DNA of 41,013 nt from Chlamydiota bacterium (GCA_037133055.1 JBAXOY010000012.1:1-41013), one strand, 5' to 3'. Positions 27,296 to 37,496 are shown, counted from the stretch's first letter. Translations and numbers: made by a program. Notes: a model not told the origin generated them from the letters alone.

Positions 27296-27304
27296 TGCTA
27301 TAGT
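27296..27304 (+). promoter_or_regulatory. Putative extended -10 promoter (TG-C-TATAGT)
   Basis: Lies in the divergent gap, 41 nt upstream of the ATG at 27346, which is preceded by an AGGGAG RBS. Confidence 0.45.
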
Positions 27305-27345
27305 GGCGGCGGTCTGTCCGACCGCCCCGCCCCAGGGAGAACCCG

Positions 27346-29649
27346 ATGTCCGCGCCTGATGCCGCGCAGGGCTCACGGGATCGTTTCCGGGCGCGCCTTT
27401 TCCGCGGCGCCGCCCTGTGCGCGGTCCTCTGCCTCGCCGCGGCGCTCCGCTTTTACGGCAGCCCCCTCTACCACCCCGATGAGCATCTCGTCGTCGTCCA
27501 GGCGTCCAACATGCCGCAGCACAAATTCAGACCCGAATCGTTCAACTACCCGTCGTTCTATCCCACTTTTCTTGCCGTTATCTACACGTACTTCCCCTCT
27601 CTGGGGAAGGGCATCATGGGAAAAGCGATATACCCCGCGGATACCGTCGCCTGCACCCCCTTCTACCAGCTCCAGGCGCGCTTCACCACAGCGCTCCTGG
27701 GAACGCTCACGGTGGCGCTCGTATATCTCATCGCACGGATTCTGGGATGGCCGCAGGCCGGGCTCGCCGGCGCCGCATTCCTCGCCGTGTCGCTCAACAA
27801 TGTGGAAAATTCCCACTTTGCCACCGTGGATGCCCCCATGGCGTTCAACGCCACGCTCGCATTCCTCTTCTCGTGCCTGCACTACCGGAGCAGACGGCTC
27901 GTGTGGGCGCTGCTCGGCGGGATATGGTGCGGCCTTACCATCGGCGCCAAGTACAACGGCGTCTTGATCACCGCGCCTTTCCTGCTCTCGCTGATACTCG
28001 TGGCGATACAGAAAAGAAGCCTGCGGGCGTGGCTGACAGTGCTTGCGGGCATTATATCCGTTCCATGCGGATTTCTCCTCGCCTGCCCGTATTTCCTCTC
28101 CATGTCGGCGACATACCTCGATGAACTCCGCGTCCAGATGAGGATCTACCGGCGGGGTTTCGCTCCATGGGACGATTCACTCGGGCCGAACAATTGGATA
28201 TGGAACGTTACCTATTTATTCCGCGCGGGCATGGGCATGCTCCCGATGCTTCTCTGTATCTGCGGGGTAGCGGCGCTGATCCTCGGCGCCGGCGCCAGGG
28301 GATGGCTGGTCGTGTGCTTTCCTCTCTGCTACTACGCGTTTATCTCCCACCAGTCGGTCCGCATCACCCGCAATTTGACGGTGCTCACACCCTTTCTCTC
28401 GCTCATGGCGGGGTATGCCCTCTGGCGTTTCTGCGCACGCATGTTTCAACGGTATCCCGCAAAGCGAGCGCGCACCGCCGTCATCCTGGCGGCGGTCATC
28501 GTCGCGGTCTACTGGCAACCGTTCCTGCTCTCCTTCTGCTACGCGAGGATGATGAATCAGACCGATCCGCGCACAAAGGCTATAGCGTGGGCACAAGCCG
28601 CTATCCCCAAGGGCGGCAAAATCGCCGTCGACTTCCTGTTCGGCCCGTTCTTCTCGAAGGAGATATACAACGTGACATCCAATATGGAGATCGGGCGATA
28701 CCCCCTCTCCTGGTACCTGGACAATGGGTATGATTTCATCGTCACCAGCTCAGGCTACACCGTCCACTGGGCGCCGGACTACAATCCCAAATTCACCGGA
28801 TTCTACTCGGGTCTGAGGGAGAGATTCCAGGATGTCGCGACCTTCCCCGGGAACGAACTGGGACTGCACCAGAGTTACTACGCGGTCCCCACCAGGCCCA
28901 CGATAACGATCTATGATCTCCACAAGCCCCGCTATTCAGCAGTTACCATTCTCGCACCGGCCGCCGGAAGCTCCGTGGATCGTTCATCGTGCGAGCTCCG
29001 CTGGAGTTTCAGCGACCCGGTTTCGGACAACCGCCAAAAGGCCTACCAGGTCGAGGTGACTCGGCACCGCGACGACGTGGCGGACATCGAGGCTGAACGG
29101 CTTCGCGATACGGCGTTCTCAAAAAACGGATGGGTGATGCAGAACCATCTCCTTGACTATCGAGGGGACGGTTACCTGTGCGCCGTCAGGAGCGCCCCGC
29201 CGATTGAGAGCGCTTTCTCTTTGGAAAAAGAGGGCCGCTACCACTGCTGGGTGAGATACAACCCTCAGCCGAACGGCATCACGAAACTCACCGTGGGGAA
29301 CAGCACTCTCACCTTCAGTTCGCGCGGAGGAGAACAGTGGCAGTGGGAGCGCCTGGGCATCGTAGAACTGAATCAGGGGAGAAACAAGATTTCCATCGAT
29401 CACTCAGGGGAAGGAGATACCATAATTGATGTCATTGTGTTCGCCACCGATCCCGCATTCGATCCGCGGAAGGAGTCGCCCTGGACGCCCGCGGTGGACA
29501 CGGGAGAGGTGAACTCCCCTGAAACGTCGCTCCCCCCGTCGTGGTGCAACACCCTGAGCCCGGGACTCTGCCGGGCCCGGATCAGGGCCTCGAATCAGAA
29601 AGGCCAGTGGGGGCCGTGGAGTTCGCCGGCGGTGTTCAGGGTGATTTAA
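27346..29649 (+). CDS. ArnT/PMT-like (GT-C) membrane glycosyltransferase with C-terminal extracytoplasmic beta-sandwich domains
   Basis: LRF...YHPDE, YPSFY, SHFATVD, GAKYNG; multiple TM segments; soluble C-terminal region of about 360 aa. Confidence 0.8.
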   Translation: MSAPDAAQGSRDRFRARLFRGAALCAVLCLAAALRFYGSPLYHPDEHLVVVQASNMPQHKFRPESFNYPSFYPTFLAVIYTYFPSLGKGIMGKAIYPADTVACTPFYQLQARFTTALLGTLTVALVYLIARILGWPQAGLAGAAFLAVSLNNVENSHFATVDAPMAFNATLAFLFSCLHYRSRRLVWALLGGIWCGLTIGAKYNGVLITAPFLLSLILVAIQKRSLRAWLTVLAGIISVPCGFLLACPYFLSMSATYLDELRVQMRIYRRGFAPWDDSLGPNNWIWNVTYLFRAGMGMLPMLLCICGVAALILGAGARGWLVVCFPLCYYAFISHQSVRITRNLTVLTPFLSLMAGYALWRFCARMFQRYPAKRARTAVILAAVIVAVYWQPFLLSFCYARMMNQTDPRTKAIAWAQAAIPKGGKIAVDFLFGPFFSKEIYNVTSNMEIGRYPLSWYLDNGYDFIVTSSGYTVHWAPDYNPKFTGFYSGLRERFQDVATFPGNELGLHQSYYAVPTRPTITIYDLHKPRYSAVTILAPAAGSSVDRSSCELRWSFSDPVSDNRQKAYQVEVTRHRDDVADIEAERLRDTAFSKNGWVMQNHLLDYRGDGYLCAVRSAPPIESAFSLEKEGRYHCWVRYNPQPNGITKLTVGNSTLTFSSRGGEQWQWERLGIVELNQGRNKISIDHSGEGDTIIDVIVFATDPAFDPRKESPWTPAVDTGEVNSPETSLPPSWCNTLSPGLCRARIRASNQKGQWGPWSSPAVFRVI

Positions 29650-29693
29650 AAGGACGCGCCCGGTCTCCCGGTGAACGGATAGCTTTCCGTCCG

Positions 29694-30452
29694 TCACGCC
29701 TTCCTCAAAACCATCACGACCGAGAGACCGAACGGGGGTTTGATGTGACGCTCCAGAAAGGAGACGACGGGGAGCAGCATGTTCATTATCCGGTAATTCT
29801 CGTTTCCGTGCGTCTTCTCCCTGATAATCCTTCCCTTGATGAACCAGCCCAACCCCCCGAGGAAATTCAGATAGTGACACTTCACAACCTCCACATCCAG
29901 ATTCAGCGCGAGCCGCCGCAAAGATTTTTTTGAATACCTTCTGCAATGACCGCCAAGCCTGTCCAACGAACCGTACAGGAAGGCGAAGGCGGGGACGATG
30001 ATGCATATATGGCCGTTGCGGCTCACCCCGTCCACCATTTTTGACAGGGCGCATGCGTCATCTTCAATATGCTCCAGGACATTGATGCAGAGAATCGTGT
30101 CCAGTCCGTTACTCCGCATTTCTTCAACTGCTTCATCGGTGCAGATATCGCCATGAGCCGCCAGCGTAATATTTTTTCCTCCGTGTAACGCCATGAATTC
30201 CCGCACGAATTCCCCGTCGGGTTCAAATCCCACGTATATCTCCTGTTCCCTGAAAAACCCGACAAAATTTCCCAACCCGCAGCCGACATCCCCTATCCGC
30301 CGGCCTATGTACGGGGCAAATTGCTCGAGCTGCCATTTGAAATATGGTTTCTCAAGCTCTCCCCATCTCCGATAAAAATCCAGACGACTTTCCAAAGTCG
30401 TATCGTTCATGATCCGCAGGGGGTGCCATGGTTGCCAACCGATTTCCGCCAT
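29694..30452 (-). CDS. Class I SAM-dependent methyltransferase
   Basis: GDVGCGLG, INVLEHIEDD, HCRRYS, PPFGLS. Start is uncertain: ATG 30452 overlapping the upstream stop, or ATG 30410. Confidence 0.85.
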   Translation of the reverse strand: MAEIGWQPWHPLRIMNDTTLESRLDFYRRWGELEKPYFKWQLEQFAPYIGRRIGDVGCGLGNFVGFFREQEIYVGFEPDGEFVREFMALHGGKNITLAAHGDICTDEAVEEMRSNGLDTILCINVLEHIEDDACALSKMVDGVSRNGHICIIVPAFAFLYGSLDRLGGHCRRYSKKSLRRLALNLDVEVVKCHYLNFLGGLGWFIKGRIIREKTHGNENYRIMNMLLPVVSFLERHIKPPFGLSVVMVLRKA

Positions 30453-33130
30453 CACTGAATCTCCCGGCGATACTCTATCTTCACGGCATCGGCGTCGACA
30501 TTGCCGTTCGCGTCATCCGAGAGGGTAATCTCATATTCATCGCCATTGAGAAACGGGTACGTTCCGAGGCTCATCCACGATCCCCCCCCCTTTTTCTGAT
30601 CCACCCGGCGCAGCTCCTCCCCTTCCGCATGGAGAATGCGATACGGCGCATCCGTTGCATGGTCATCGGCCTTCTCCCATATCGCATACACCTCGCAATA
30701 CCCGTCGCGGGGGGCGGTGAAACTCCACTTCGCCGTATGCCCTCCGTCGCCTCTTTCGTTACGACGACTGGAACCGCCGAACGCGGTGTTGCTGGGCCGC
30801 TCCCCCCAACTTCCGCTCACAATCGAAAAACCTTTGTCTCCGTCATCCACCATCACAATCTCTCCCGATCGATCTACGGCGCTCCCGCACACGCGCTGTA
30901 TCGCGTCACTCCACACATAGAGAGGCTCCATGGATTTCGCATCCGCTCCCCACCGGATGCCGAGACTGCCCGGTTCATTCTGGACATGTTTCACGCTCAC
31001 TTCATGGGCGCCCTCCCCCAGGTAGTGCTCGGGAGCCGCGGAGAGGGATATCTTTTCCCCATCCACAAAAAGTTCTGTTTCTCCATTTCCCATGGCCTGG
31101 AAACCATATCCCCCCTCTTTGGGGACATAGAAAAATGCCTTGAGCCCGATCCGGAAAGGATACGGCAGCGGATGCGCCCTCCAATCAAAATCCAGAGATT
31201 CGGTTCTTGCACTCCCCCACACATCCCCGGGGGCCTCGCCGCAATCCGTGTAGGAGACGGTGCCCCCCCTCCACTTCGCGAGGTCGTTCTGCGAAACAGC
31301 GCAGGTAACTATGTACTCTTTCCTCTCAACCTCGGTATGGGGGATATTCCTCTCAATGGATTCTATCCCCTGCATGGTTTCGGGCATCTTTCTGTTATTC
31401 CAGAGGACAAATACCATATCCCGCGGGGGCGAGTTGAGAATTCGATCGCAGATATGTTTTCCGTCGATGAAATCAAAATCCTTCTTGGAATCTTCTCCCT
31501 TCCTGCTCTCATAACTCATAACGTAGGCTTCCGGACTATACCTATACGAACTGACGTCAACAAGATACACGTAGCGCTTCCCGATCTGGCCGTCCACACA
31601 CTCGCCCATTTGCTTCAGGTCGTTTCCAGTGAAGATGCGAGACCGGCTGAAATATATATGAGTGTTGACCGCGAATAAAACGAATATCAGGAAGGCGAGG
31701 CATGCGAAAAACCCCCTGCTCCGGTTGAAGCCTATCGCGCGCTGGAGGGCCCTGAACAGCAGAAGCGCGCCCAGGGCGACGAGGATGTGGAGCGCCGGCA
31801 TGAATATGATTATCCGGCGAGTGCAGGGCCAGCTCAGAATTCCGCCTATCGGTGAGAGGAGAAACCACACCAGCATGAGAAAATAGTTGTACCTCTTCCA
31901 GTTATAGAGGGCGCACACAAATCCCATAAAAAAGAGCGGAACCAGCGCGCCGTTTATAATCGGCCCCTCCCGCGTCAGGTGGACGGATTCACTCATAACG
32001 CGGAACAGCGTCCTCCCGAACATTTGAATGTTTCCGAGCAAAAGATTTCCGGGGGTAACGGATTGAGGGAGGTTCGGTTTGCCGACGAAGAGAAAAATAT
32101 TGTCCATATAGCCAAGGGTGTGCGCCCCTTGTCCCTTCAGCAGCGGACCCGTCGCGGCAATAAAACCTGCGGCCAGCAGCACAAGCGCGAGCCAATTATT
32201 TTTGAAGTATCCCCTGCTGAATATGACCCTGAAAAAAATGAAGACCGCGAGGGCAAGCAGGACCCCTTTATATACGTCATAGGTCCAGATTCCGAACCCC
32301 AGGAAAAAACCGCTCAGGAACCCGTAACTTTGCTTCCCCCTGCTCTCCGCCAACAAAAGGAAGTAGACCCCCATGCATGCAAAGGGGGTGCCCCAGTTCA
32401 ACGGAATCGCCAGCCTGTCAAATCCGGCGCAGCAAAAACAGAGCGCGAGAGAAGACGCGGCAAGAAGGGCCACCGCCCTCTTGAAAAGCTGGTCGGCCAT
32501 CAGGAAACAGGCCACGACGCTCAGAATCCCGATCACCCCTGAAGCGGAACGCGCGGAGGCGATACTGGCGCCGAACACCTTGAAAATAGCCGCCAGGCTG
32601 TATAAATGGGCGACCAAGTATTGGGAGGGGCCCGCCCACCAGCCTCTCAGCGGCTCCCCCCTCATCGTGAGAAGGCCGTAGTACGAGAACAGGGCCTCAT
32701 CGTTATTGAAACCGGCGGGGTAATCGCCCAGGAGATAAAAGCGCATGAATGCCGCACACGCAACCACCACAATCATAACTGCAACCGTCGCTTCTTTCCC
32801 GATTTCAATTTCTTCCAATCCGTACTGCCCTCTCACGAGCGCACAGTAGCAGCACACAATCGCGGCGCACGCGGCGTATAATGAAACCCCCGTCCGGAAA
32901 TAGCCGTTCAGGAGCGCAATTTCAGCAAGAAAAGCGATGCCCGATCCCAACAAAGCCCACGCGGCAGGGTTGAAAAATTTGCGAGTTCTTGCCGCGCACA
33001 GCGCAACGAGCGCGAGCGTGAGACACGCGATGCCCGCTGCCAGTTCATTCTGGTGAGCCCCGCAAAACTCATACATCCAATTCCCCATACCCTGCAGCCG
33101 CGCGTAGAGGAATTCCATTTCGACATCCAT
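30452..33130 (-). CDS. ArnT/PMT-like (GT-C) glycosyltransferase with PA14-like and golvesin/xanthan-lyase C-terminal-like domains
   Basis: MRFYLLGDYPAGFNNDEA and multiple TM segments; LDFDW..F...FYVPKEGGYGF..LFVDG..GAHEVSV; VDDGD..FS..GSW...YAIW...APY...VDQ..W.SLGTY.F..ADAVK. GGAG RBS before the ATG at 33130. Confidence 0.78.
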   Translation of the reverse strand: MDVEMEFLYARLQGMGNWMYEFCGAHQNELAAGIACLTLALVALCAARTRKFFNPAAWALLGSGIAFLAEIALLNGYFRTGVSLYAACAAIVCCYCALVRGQYGLEEIEIGKEATVAVMIVVVACAAFMRFYLLGDYPAGFNNDEALFSYYGLLTMRGEPLRGWWAGPSQYLVAHLYSLAAIFKVFGASIASARSASGVIGILSVVACFLMADQLFKRAVALLAASSLALCFCCAGFDRLAIPLNWGTPFACMGVYFLLLAESRGKQSYGFLSGFFLGFGIWTYDVYKGVLLALAVFIFFRVIFSRGYFKNNWLALVLLAAGFIAATGPLLKGQGAHTLGYMDNIFLFVGKPNLPQSVTPGNLLLGNIQMFGRTLFRVMSESVHLTREGPIINGALVPLFFMGFVCALYNWKRYNYFLMLVWFLLSPIGGILSWPCTRRIIIFMPALHILVALGALLLFRALQRAIGFNRSRGFFACLAFLIFVLFAVNTHIYFSRSRIFTGNDLKQMGECVDGQIGKRYVYLVDVSSYRYSPEAYVMSYESRKGEDSKKDFDFIDGKHICDRILNSPPRDMVFVLWNNRKMPETMQGIESIERNIPHTEVERKEYIVTCAVSQNDLAKWRGGTVSYTDCGEAPGDVWGSARTESLDFDWRAHPLPYPFRIGLKAFFYVPKEGGYGFQAMGNGETELFVDGEKISLSAAPEHYLGEGAHEVSVKHVQNEPGSLGIRWGADAKSMEPLYVWSDAIQRVCGSAVDRSGEIVMVDDGDKGFSIVSGSWGERPSNTAFGGSSRRNERGDGGHTAKWSFTAPRDGYCEVYAIWEKADDHATDAPYRILHAEGEELRRVDQKKGGGSWMSLGTYPFLNGDEYEITLSDDANGNVDADAVKIEYRREIQ

Positions 33131-33146
33131 ATGCTTTCTCCACACC

Positions 33147-33962
33147 CTACTTCTCGCATCGTATAACGCTCATGCGGCAGTGCCTTTTTAAAAATGGGAT
33201 GCCCGCGAGAAGAATTCTATCCAGTGCATACAATACCTGAAACGCCTTTTCATATCGATCCGCCTGGTTCACTATTTTTATCCAGAAGCGCTCCTTATTC
33301 GGGTCGGCGCCTTCAATGAAGTAAAACCATACGTACAGCGACAGGGTGAGGAGGTGAAACTCGGTGTGGCGACACTGTGAAAAGAGCCCTGCCATTCGTC
33401 TCACGTCCTTCATCAACAGGGGCCTCTCCGATTCTGTGCGCGTCTGAGGAGAAAGGCGCCTGAAGAGATTGATGAAGGGATTATGTCCCAGCGGCTCTAC
33501 AAATACCGCCGTGCCCCCTTTTTTAAGAATCCTGCGAATTTCCGGCACCGCGAGGTCGAGATCGAGATGGTGCAACACATTCTCGCCGAAGAAGAGATCA
33601 CACGATTCATCGCGAACCGCAAGAAACTCCCCCGCCATAACCGATGTGCGGATATGCGGTGAGACGCGGAACCTCCGCGCGAGCTCATCGGCGAGGGCGC
33701 ACATCCCCGGCGAAATGTCCGCCGCAATCACTTCTGCTCCCTTGAGAGCAAAAAAAACCGATGAAATCCCACTCCCGATACCGAGGCACACTATGCGCTT
33801 AGTGCGCACATCGCCAAGTGAATCGATTCCGTACGTCACCTCCGGCGTGGTGGGGCAGCGGTAAAAGGCATCGGGGTCGAGCGTGGCGATATCCATATCA
33901 TTCGCCCACCCGTCGTGGAACTCTTTCTCTTGCTTGAGGCGCTCGAAAATCTCATCCCCCAC
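33147..33962 (-). CDS. Class I SAM-dependent methyltransferase
   Basis: EKEFHD, CLGIGSG, ADIS, VLHHLD, LKKGG..VFVEPLGHNP. The GTG start at 33962 follows AGGGGGA, just after the upstream stop. Confidence 0.82.
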   Translation of the reverse strand: MGDEIFERLKQEKEFHDGWANDMDIATLDPDAFYRCPTTPEVTYGIDSLGDVRTKRIVCLGIGSGISSVFFALKGAEVIAADISPGMCALADELARRFRVSPHIRTSVMAGEFLAVRDESCDLFFGENVLHHLDLDLAVPEIRRILKKGGTAVFVEPLGHNPFINLFRRLSPQTRTESERPLLMKDVRRMAGLFSQCRHTEFHLLTLSLYVWFYFIEGADPNKERFWIKIVNQADRYEKAFQVLYALDRILLAGIPFLKRHCRMSVIRCEK

Positions 33963-33964
33963 GC

Positions 33965-35122
33965 TCAGATCCCCCTGGGTTCCCTGACGCCCAACATGCT
34001 CAGGTAAAATGATGAAAAAATCGTTTGCGTTCCGATCACCACGAGGGTCATCCCGAACAGGGCGGTCCTGAATTCGTGCAGGGGGCCGTAGTTGGCGATG
34101 ATCCATTTCGCAAGGATAAAGCCCAGGATTGCGACGCCCGCGAGAACTATCACGAGCCCCAGCATAATCCCCCTCTCGAGATTGAAGCGGCGGAACCCTT
34201 TCTCGAGAAATTCATCCCGGTACTCAAAGCGCTGCGTATAGATGAAAACCCGAGCGTAAATTCCGAGGGTGACGATCTGGTACCCCAGGATGGTCATCAG
34301 GGTCCCCAGCACCATGTAGTGGACATCGAAGAGCCGGCTGCCGATCGTCAGGGGCCCGGGGAGGAGCGCGCAGAGGATCACAAACCCCGCGCCCATGAGC
34401 GACAGGCCGGGGACAAGGTAGAGCCATGTGGGGGCGAACATGAGCATGAACCGCAGGTGGCGCCACCCGTCCCTGAACGAGCGGAGGTGGGGCCTCCCCG
34501 TACGGCCGTCCGGATAAAGGGTGACGGGGATCTCGGCGATCTTCAGGCCGAGCATGCACGCCTTGATGACCATTTCGGAGGCGAACTCCATGCCTTGGGT
34601 CTGCAATCCCATTTTCTCATATGCAGCCTTTGTGAATGATCTCATTCCGCAGTGGGAATCGGAAATGCGTGTCCTGAAAAATATCCGCAGCATACCCGAA
34701 AGCAGCGGATTTCCGAGATAGCGGTGCAACCAGGGCATGGCCCCGGGCTTGATTTCACCCCTGAGCCTGGTTCCCATCACCATGTCGCACCCCTTCCGCA
34801 GGGGAGTGATAAACCTCTCCAGGTCTGTCCAATCATAGGAATCGTCTGAGTCAGCCATGACGATATAGTTCCCGCGGGCCTCGAAGATCCCTTTCATGTA
34901 GGCGCTGCCGTACCCCTTCTTCGGTTGCACCACCACGCGGGCGCCGAGGGAGCGCGCGATCTCAACGGAGCGATCCGTGGATCCGTTATCGGAGACGACC
35001 ACTTCCCCGGCGATGCCCAGCCGCCTTATGGTCTCGAGGGCCTTCTTCACGCACACCCCCACCGTCTCCTCTTCATTCAAGCAGGGCATCACACATGAAA
35101 GCTCAATGCCGCCCGTTCCCAT
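33965..35122 (-). CDS. Family 2 glycosyltransferase with C-terminal TM domain (polyprenol-phosphate-sugar synthase-like)
   Basis: VMPCLNEEET, SDNGSTDRS, GYGSA, MADSDDSY, DSHCGMR, MEFASEM, HLRSFRDGWRHL. Alternative start at 35155. Confidence 0.9.
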   Translation of the reverse strand: MGTGGIELSCVMPCLNEEETVGVCVKKALETIRRLGIAGEVVVSDNGSTDRSVEIARSLGARVVVQPKKGYGSAYMKGIFEARGNYIVMADSDDSYDWTDLERFITPLRKGCDMVMGTRLRGEIKPGAMPWLHRYLGNPLLSGMLRIFFRTRISDSHCGMRSFTKAAYEKMGLQTQGMEFASEMVIKACMLGLKIAEIPVTLYPDGRTGRPHLRSFRDGWRHLRFMLMFAPTWLYLVPGLSLMGAGFVILCALLPGPLTIGSRLFDVHYMVLGTLMTILGYQIVTLGIYARVFIYTQRFEYRDEFLEKGFRRFNLERGIMLGLVIVLAGVAILGFILAKWIIANYGPLHEFRTALFGMTLVVIGTQTIFSSFYLSMLGVREPRGI

Positions 35123-35126
35123 GAGA

Positions 35127-37496
35127 TCAGTTCCCTTGGTCTCCAGTTTCGTCATCGGGTACCGCCGCCGCCTCGTCGAGGATATGCTCCTTCTTCTCCT
35201 CCCCCCCTCTCATCGCACGAAATTCCCTTTTCTGATAGTCGGCGAAATAGCAGCTCCTCCCCGGGAACGCGTCCGCCATCTTCTTATTCTTCTCCCGACC
35301 CAGGTCTCTCGCGTAAATAATATCGGTGTCAAAACGCGGGCTGTTGAGCGCGGAGACCGATCCATAATTCTGCCATTGTGCCCCGGGGTTCACAAAGACT
35401 ATCGCATTGTGCACGTTGCGCTCCCTTGCCATCGCGGGTATCCTGGCATCTATATCGTTGTAGCAATGGTGTTCTCTGAAGAGCCAGGGGAAATAGTCCT
35501 TCGCGTACCCCCTGACAAGCCACCCGAGAAGAAGCATGAGCGCCGCGGTCGAGACAACCTGCGGCCAGATCGCAACATAGCGGGGCCGCGAGAACACTTT
35601 CCCGAGCCGTTCCGCGAGAGCGCCGCAGCTCCGCGATGCGGTCACGATACCCCTCGCCGACAGGATGATGTAGGCGGGCATCGCCTCAAACCAGTAGCGG
35701 GGGCCGAAGTGTCCCTGTATCCGCGCAAAATAAAAAATGTAGGCCACGGAGATCGCCACCCCGCTGCCCAACAGGAGCCAGTCTTCCCTGTTTTCGCTCG
35801 CCAGAATAAAGGGGATACTAATAAAAACAAGCGTGAGGTAATGCGGCCAGCCGAAAAGATTATCGAGCAGATAGAAGAGCGTGTTCTCCAGGATACGCAG
35901 CCCCCTCCCGAAACTGTGGGCACTCGCAACGCCGTCTCCAAACCCGATCCTGTCGAACGAACAGTAGGCGATGAACGGCGGCAGCAACGGATCGCCGGTA
36001 AGGTGGTAGTTGTACCAAAATTGAAAGCCGCAGGGAATCGCAACCCCCAGGCCGATCACGCTCAACCGCTTCACGCTCTCCCACCGGCGCCCCCTCCGGA
36101 AAATGCGCGCTGCCTGCCAGGCAAGCCAGGGGGCCGCAACAGCCACCGCTGTGAGCGGCCTGGTGATAAAGGCCCAGCCGAGAGCAAACCCCGCCCAGAA
36201 GGCAAAGGATTTCCGCCCCCCCTCTTCCATCCGCAACACGAGATATAGGAATATCAACAGCGCGAGCAGACACGTGATGTGGCTCATAAACGACGCTGAG
36301 AGAAACACAAAGAAGGGAGAGGCGACCGCGATGAGGGAACTCAGCACCGCCACAGGAAACGAATACAACCTTCCGGCAACCACAACAAGAAGCAGAAAAC
36401 TACAGAAGCCGAGAATGGGCGGCTCGATCCAGGGGAATCCCACAACTACCCCGGGGGTAAGCACAAGCGGATGTCCCGGCGGATACTTCCCGTACCATTT
36501 CCCGTCTCTGTGCACCATGAACTCGAAATTAACCGAATCAATGAACGAGGGCGCGGGCACGAAGAACCGGCCGTTGGCATGCATCTTCGCCTGAAAAAGG
36601 TACGCAGAGGAGTCCTGAATATGGGGTATCTTCTCATGGCAATCGACCATGATCCGGATTGCGAGCGCGAGGAAGAGCGCCGCGCACAGAAGTATTATTG
36701 AGATTCCAAAGGCCCTCCCCAGGCGCGCCGCCCGGGGTCGGCCAAAGAGTTTGAGAGGCCAGGAGAGTATCGGGCCAAGCCTGCAGATATCAATCAGCGC
36801 GCACAGGAAGAAAGCCGGGATGGTGATCGCCCACAACGCCAGGATTATCGCCACGGCGATGAGATAGACGCAGAACAGCCTGGAAACAATCTGCTTTATG
36901 ATCAACGCGCTCGGCATGGGCAATATTGCCCCGCCATTCTCAACACCCACCCATCCGATATCGTTATTGAACGGCCGTATGGAAAGAACCGCGCCTTTGC
37001 CCCCATCGGGAACGCGAACGGCGATATTCCCGGCATATGGATTCACAAAGTCAACGTCAAGCGCGAAATCTTTCCATCTCTTGTCCCCAAGATAGAGGCA
37101 GGAGCCGTGGCGCGTGGTGAAGACACCGAAGATATCATCGTAGGTCGCGAACCACCGCGCTCTCTTTTCCTTCTGCATCTCCTTTTTGAGATCATAGTCC
37201 GTGGCGAGTATTTTCCCCGTTGCAAGGTCCTTGACGACCAGATTCCTCCACCCCTGCGGGTGCAGGGGATTGTAAAAATGCACACGGATGCCGGAGTCTA
37301 TGGGAGTGAGCGTGAGGCCGATTTTTCCCCCGGCGTGCCCCGGCAGTGTATTCTTAAGGATCTGCCTACCGTTCGCTCGGACGGTGAACAGATCGCCATG
37401 GGCGGTTATCTCCACGTGGAAATTGTCGGGGGGGATTGACCAGAGGCCATACCCAAACACGACGAGTTGAACCAGTATAATGCGTCTCATATTCAT
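35127..37496 (-). CDS. ArnT/PMT-like (GT-C) membrane glycosyltransferase with an N-terminal soluble domain
   Basis: IPHIQDSSAYLFQAK, GKYPPGHP, SASFMSH, TRPLTA, YNYHLTGDP, FGPRYWFE; many TM segments. Confidence 0.78.
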   Translation of the reverse strand: MNMRRIILVQLVVFGYGLWSIPPDNFHVEITAHGDLFTVRANGRQILKNTLPGHAGGKIGLTLTPIDSGIRVHFYNPLHPQGWRNLVVKDLATGKILATDYDLKKEMQKEKRARWFATYDDIFGVFTTRHGSCLYLGDKRWKDFALDVDFVNPYAGNIAVRVPDGGKGAVLSIRPFNNDIGWVGVENGGAILPMPSALIIKQIVSRLFCVYLIAVAIILALWAITIPAFFLCALIDICRLGPILSWPLKLFGRPRAARLGRAFGISIILLCAALFLALAIRIMVDCHEKIPHIQDSSAYLFQAKMHANGRFFVPAPSFIDSVNFEFMVHRDGKWYGKYPPGHPLVLTPGVVVGFPWIEPPILGFCSFLLLVVVAGRLYSFPVAVLSSLIAVASPFFVFLSASFMSHITCLLALLIFLYLVLRMEEGGRKSFAFWAGFALGWAFITRPLTAVAVAAPWLAWQAARIFRRGRRWESVKRLSVIGLGVAIPCGFQFWYNYHLTGDPLLPPFIAYCSFDRIGFGDGVASAHSFGRGLRILENTLFYLLDNLFGWPHYLTLVFISIPFILASENREDWLLLGSGVAISVAYIFYFARIQGHFGPRYWFEAMPAYIILSARGIVTASRSCGALAERLGKVFSRPRYVAIWPQVVSTAALMLLLGWLVRGYAKDYFPWLFREHHCYNDIDARIPAMARERNVHNAIVFVNPGAQWQNYGSVSALNSPRFDTDIIYARDLGREKNKKMADAFPGRSCYFADYQKREFRAMRGGEEKKEHILDEAAAVPDDETGDQGN

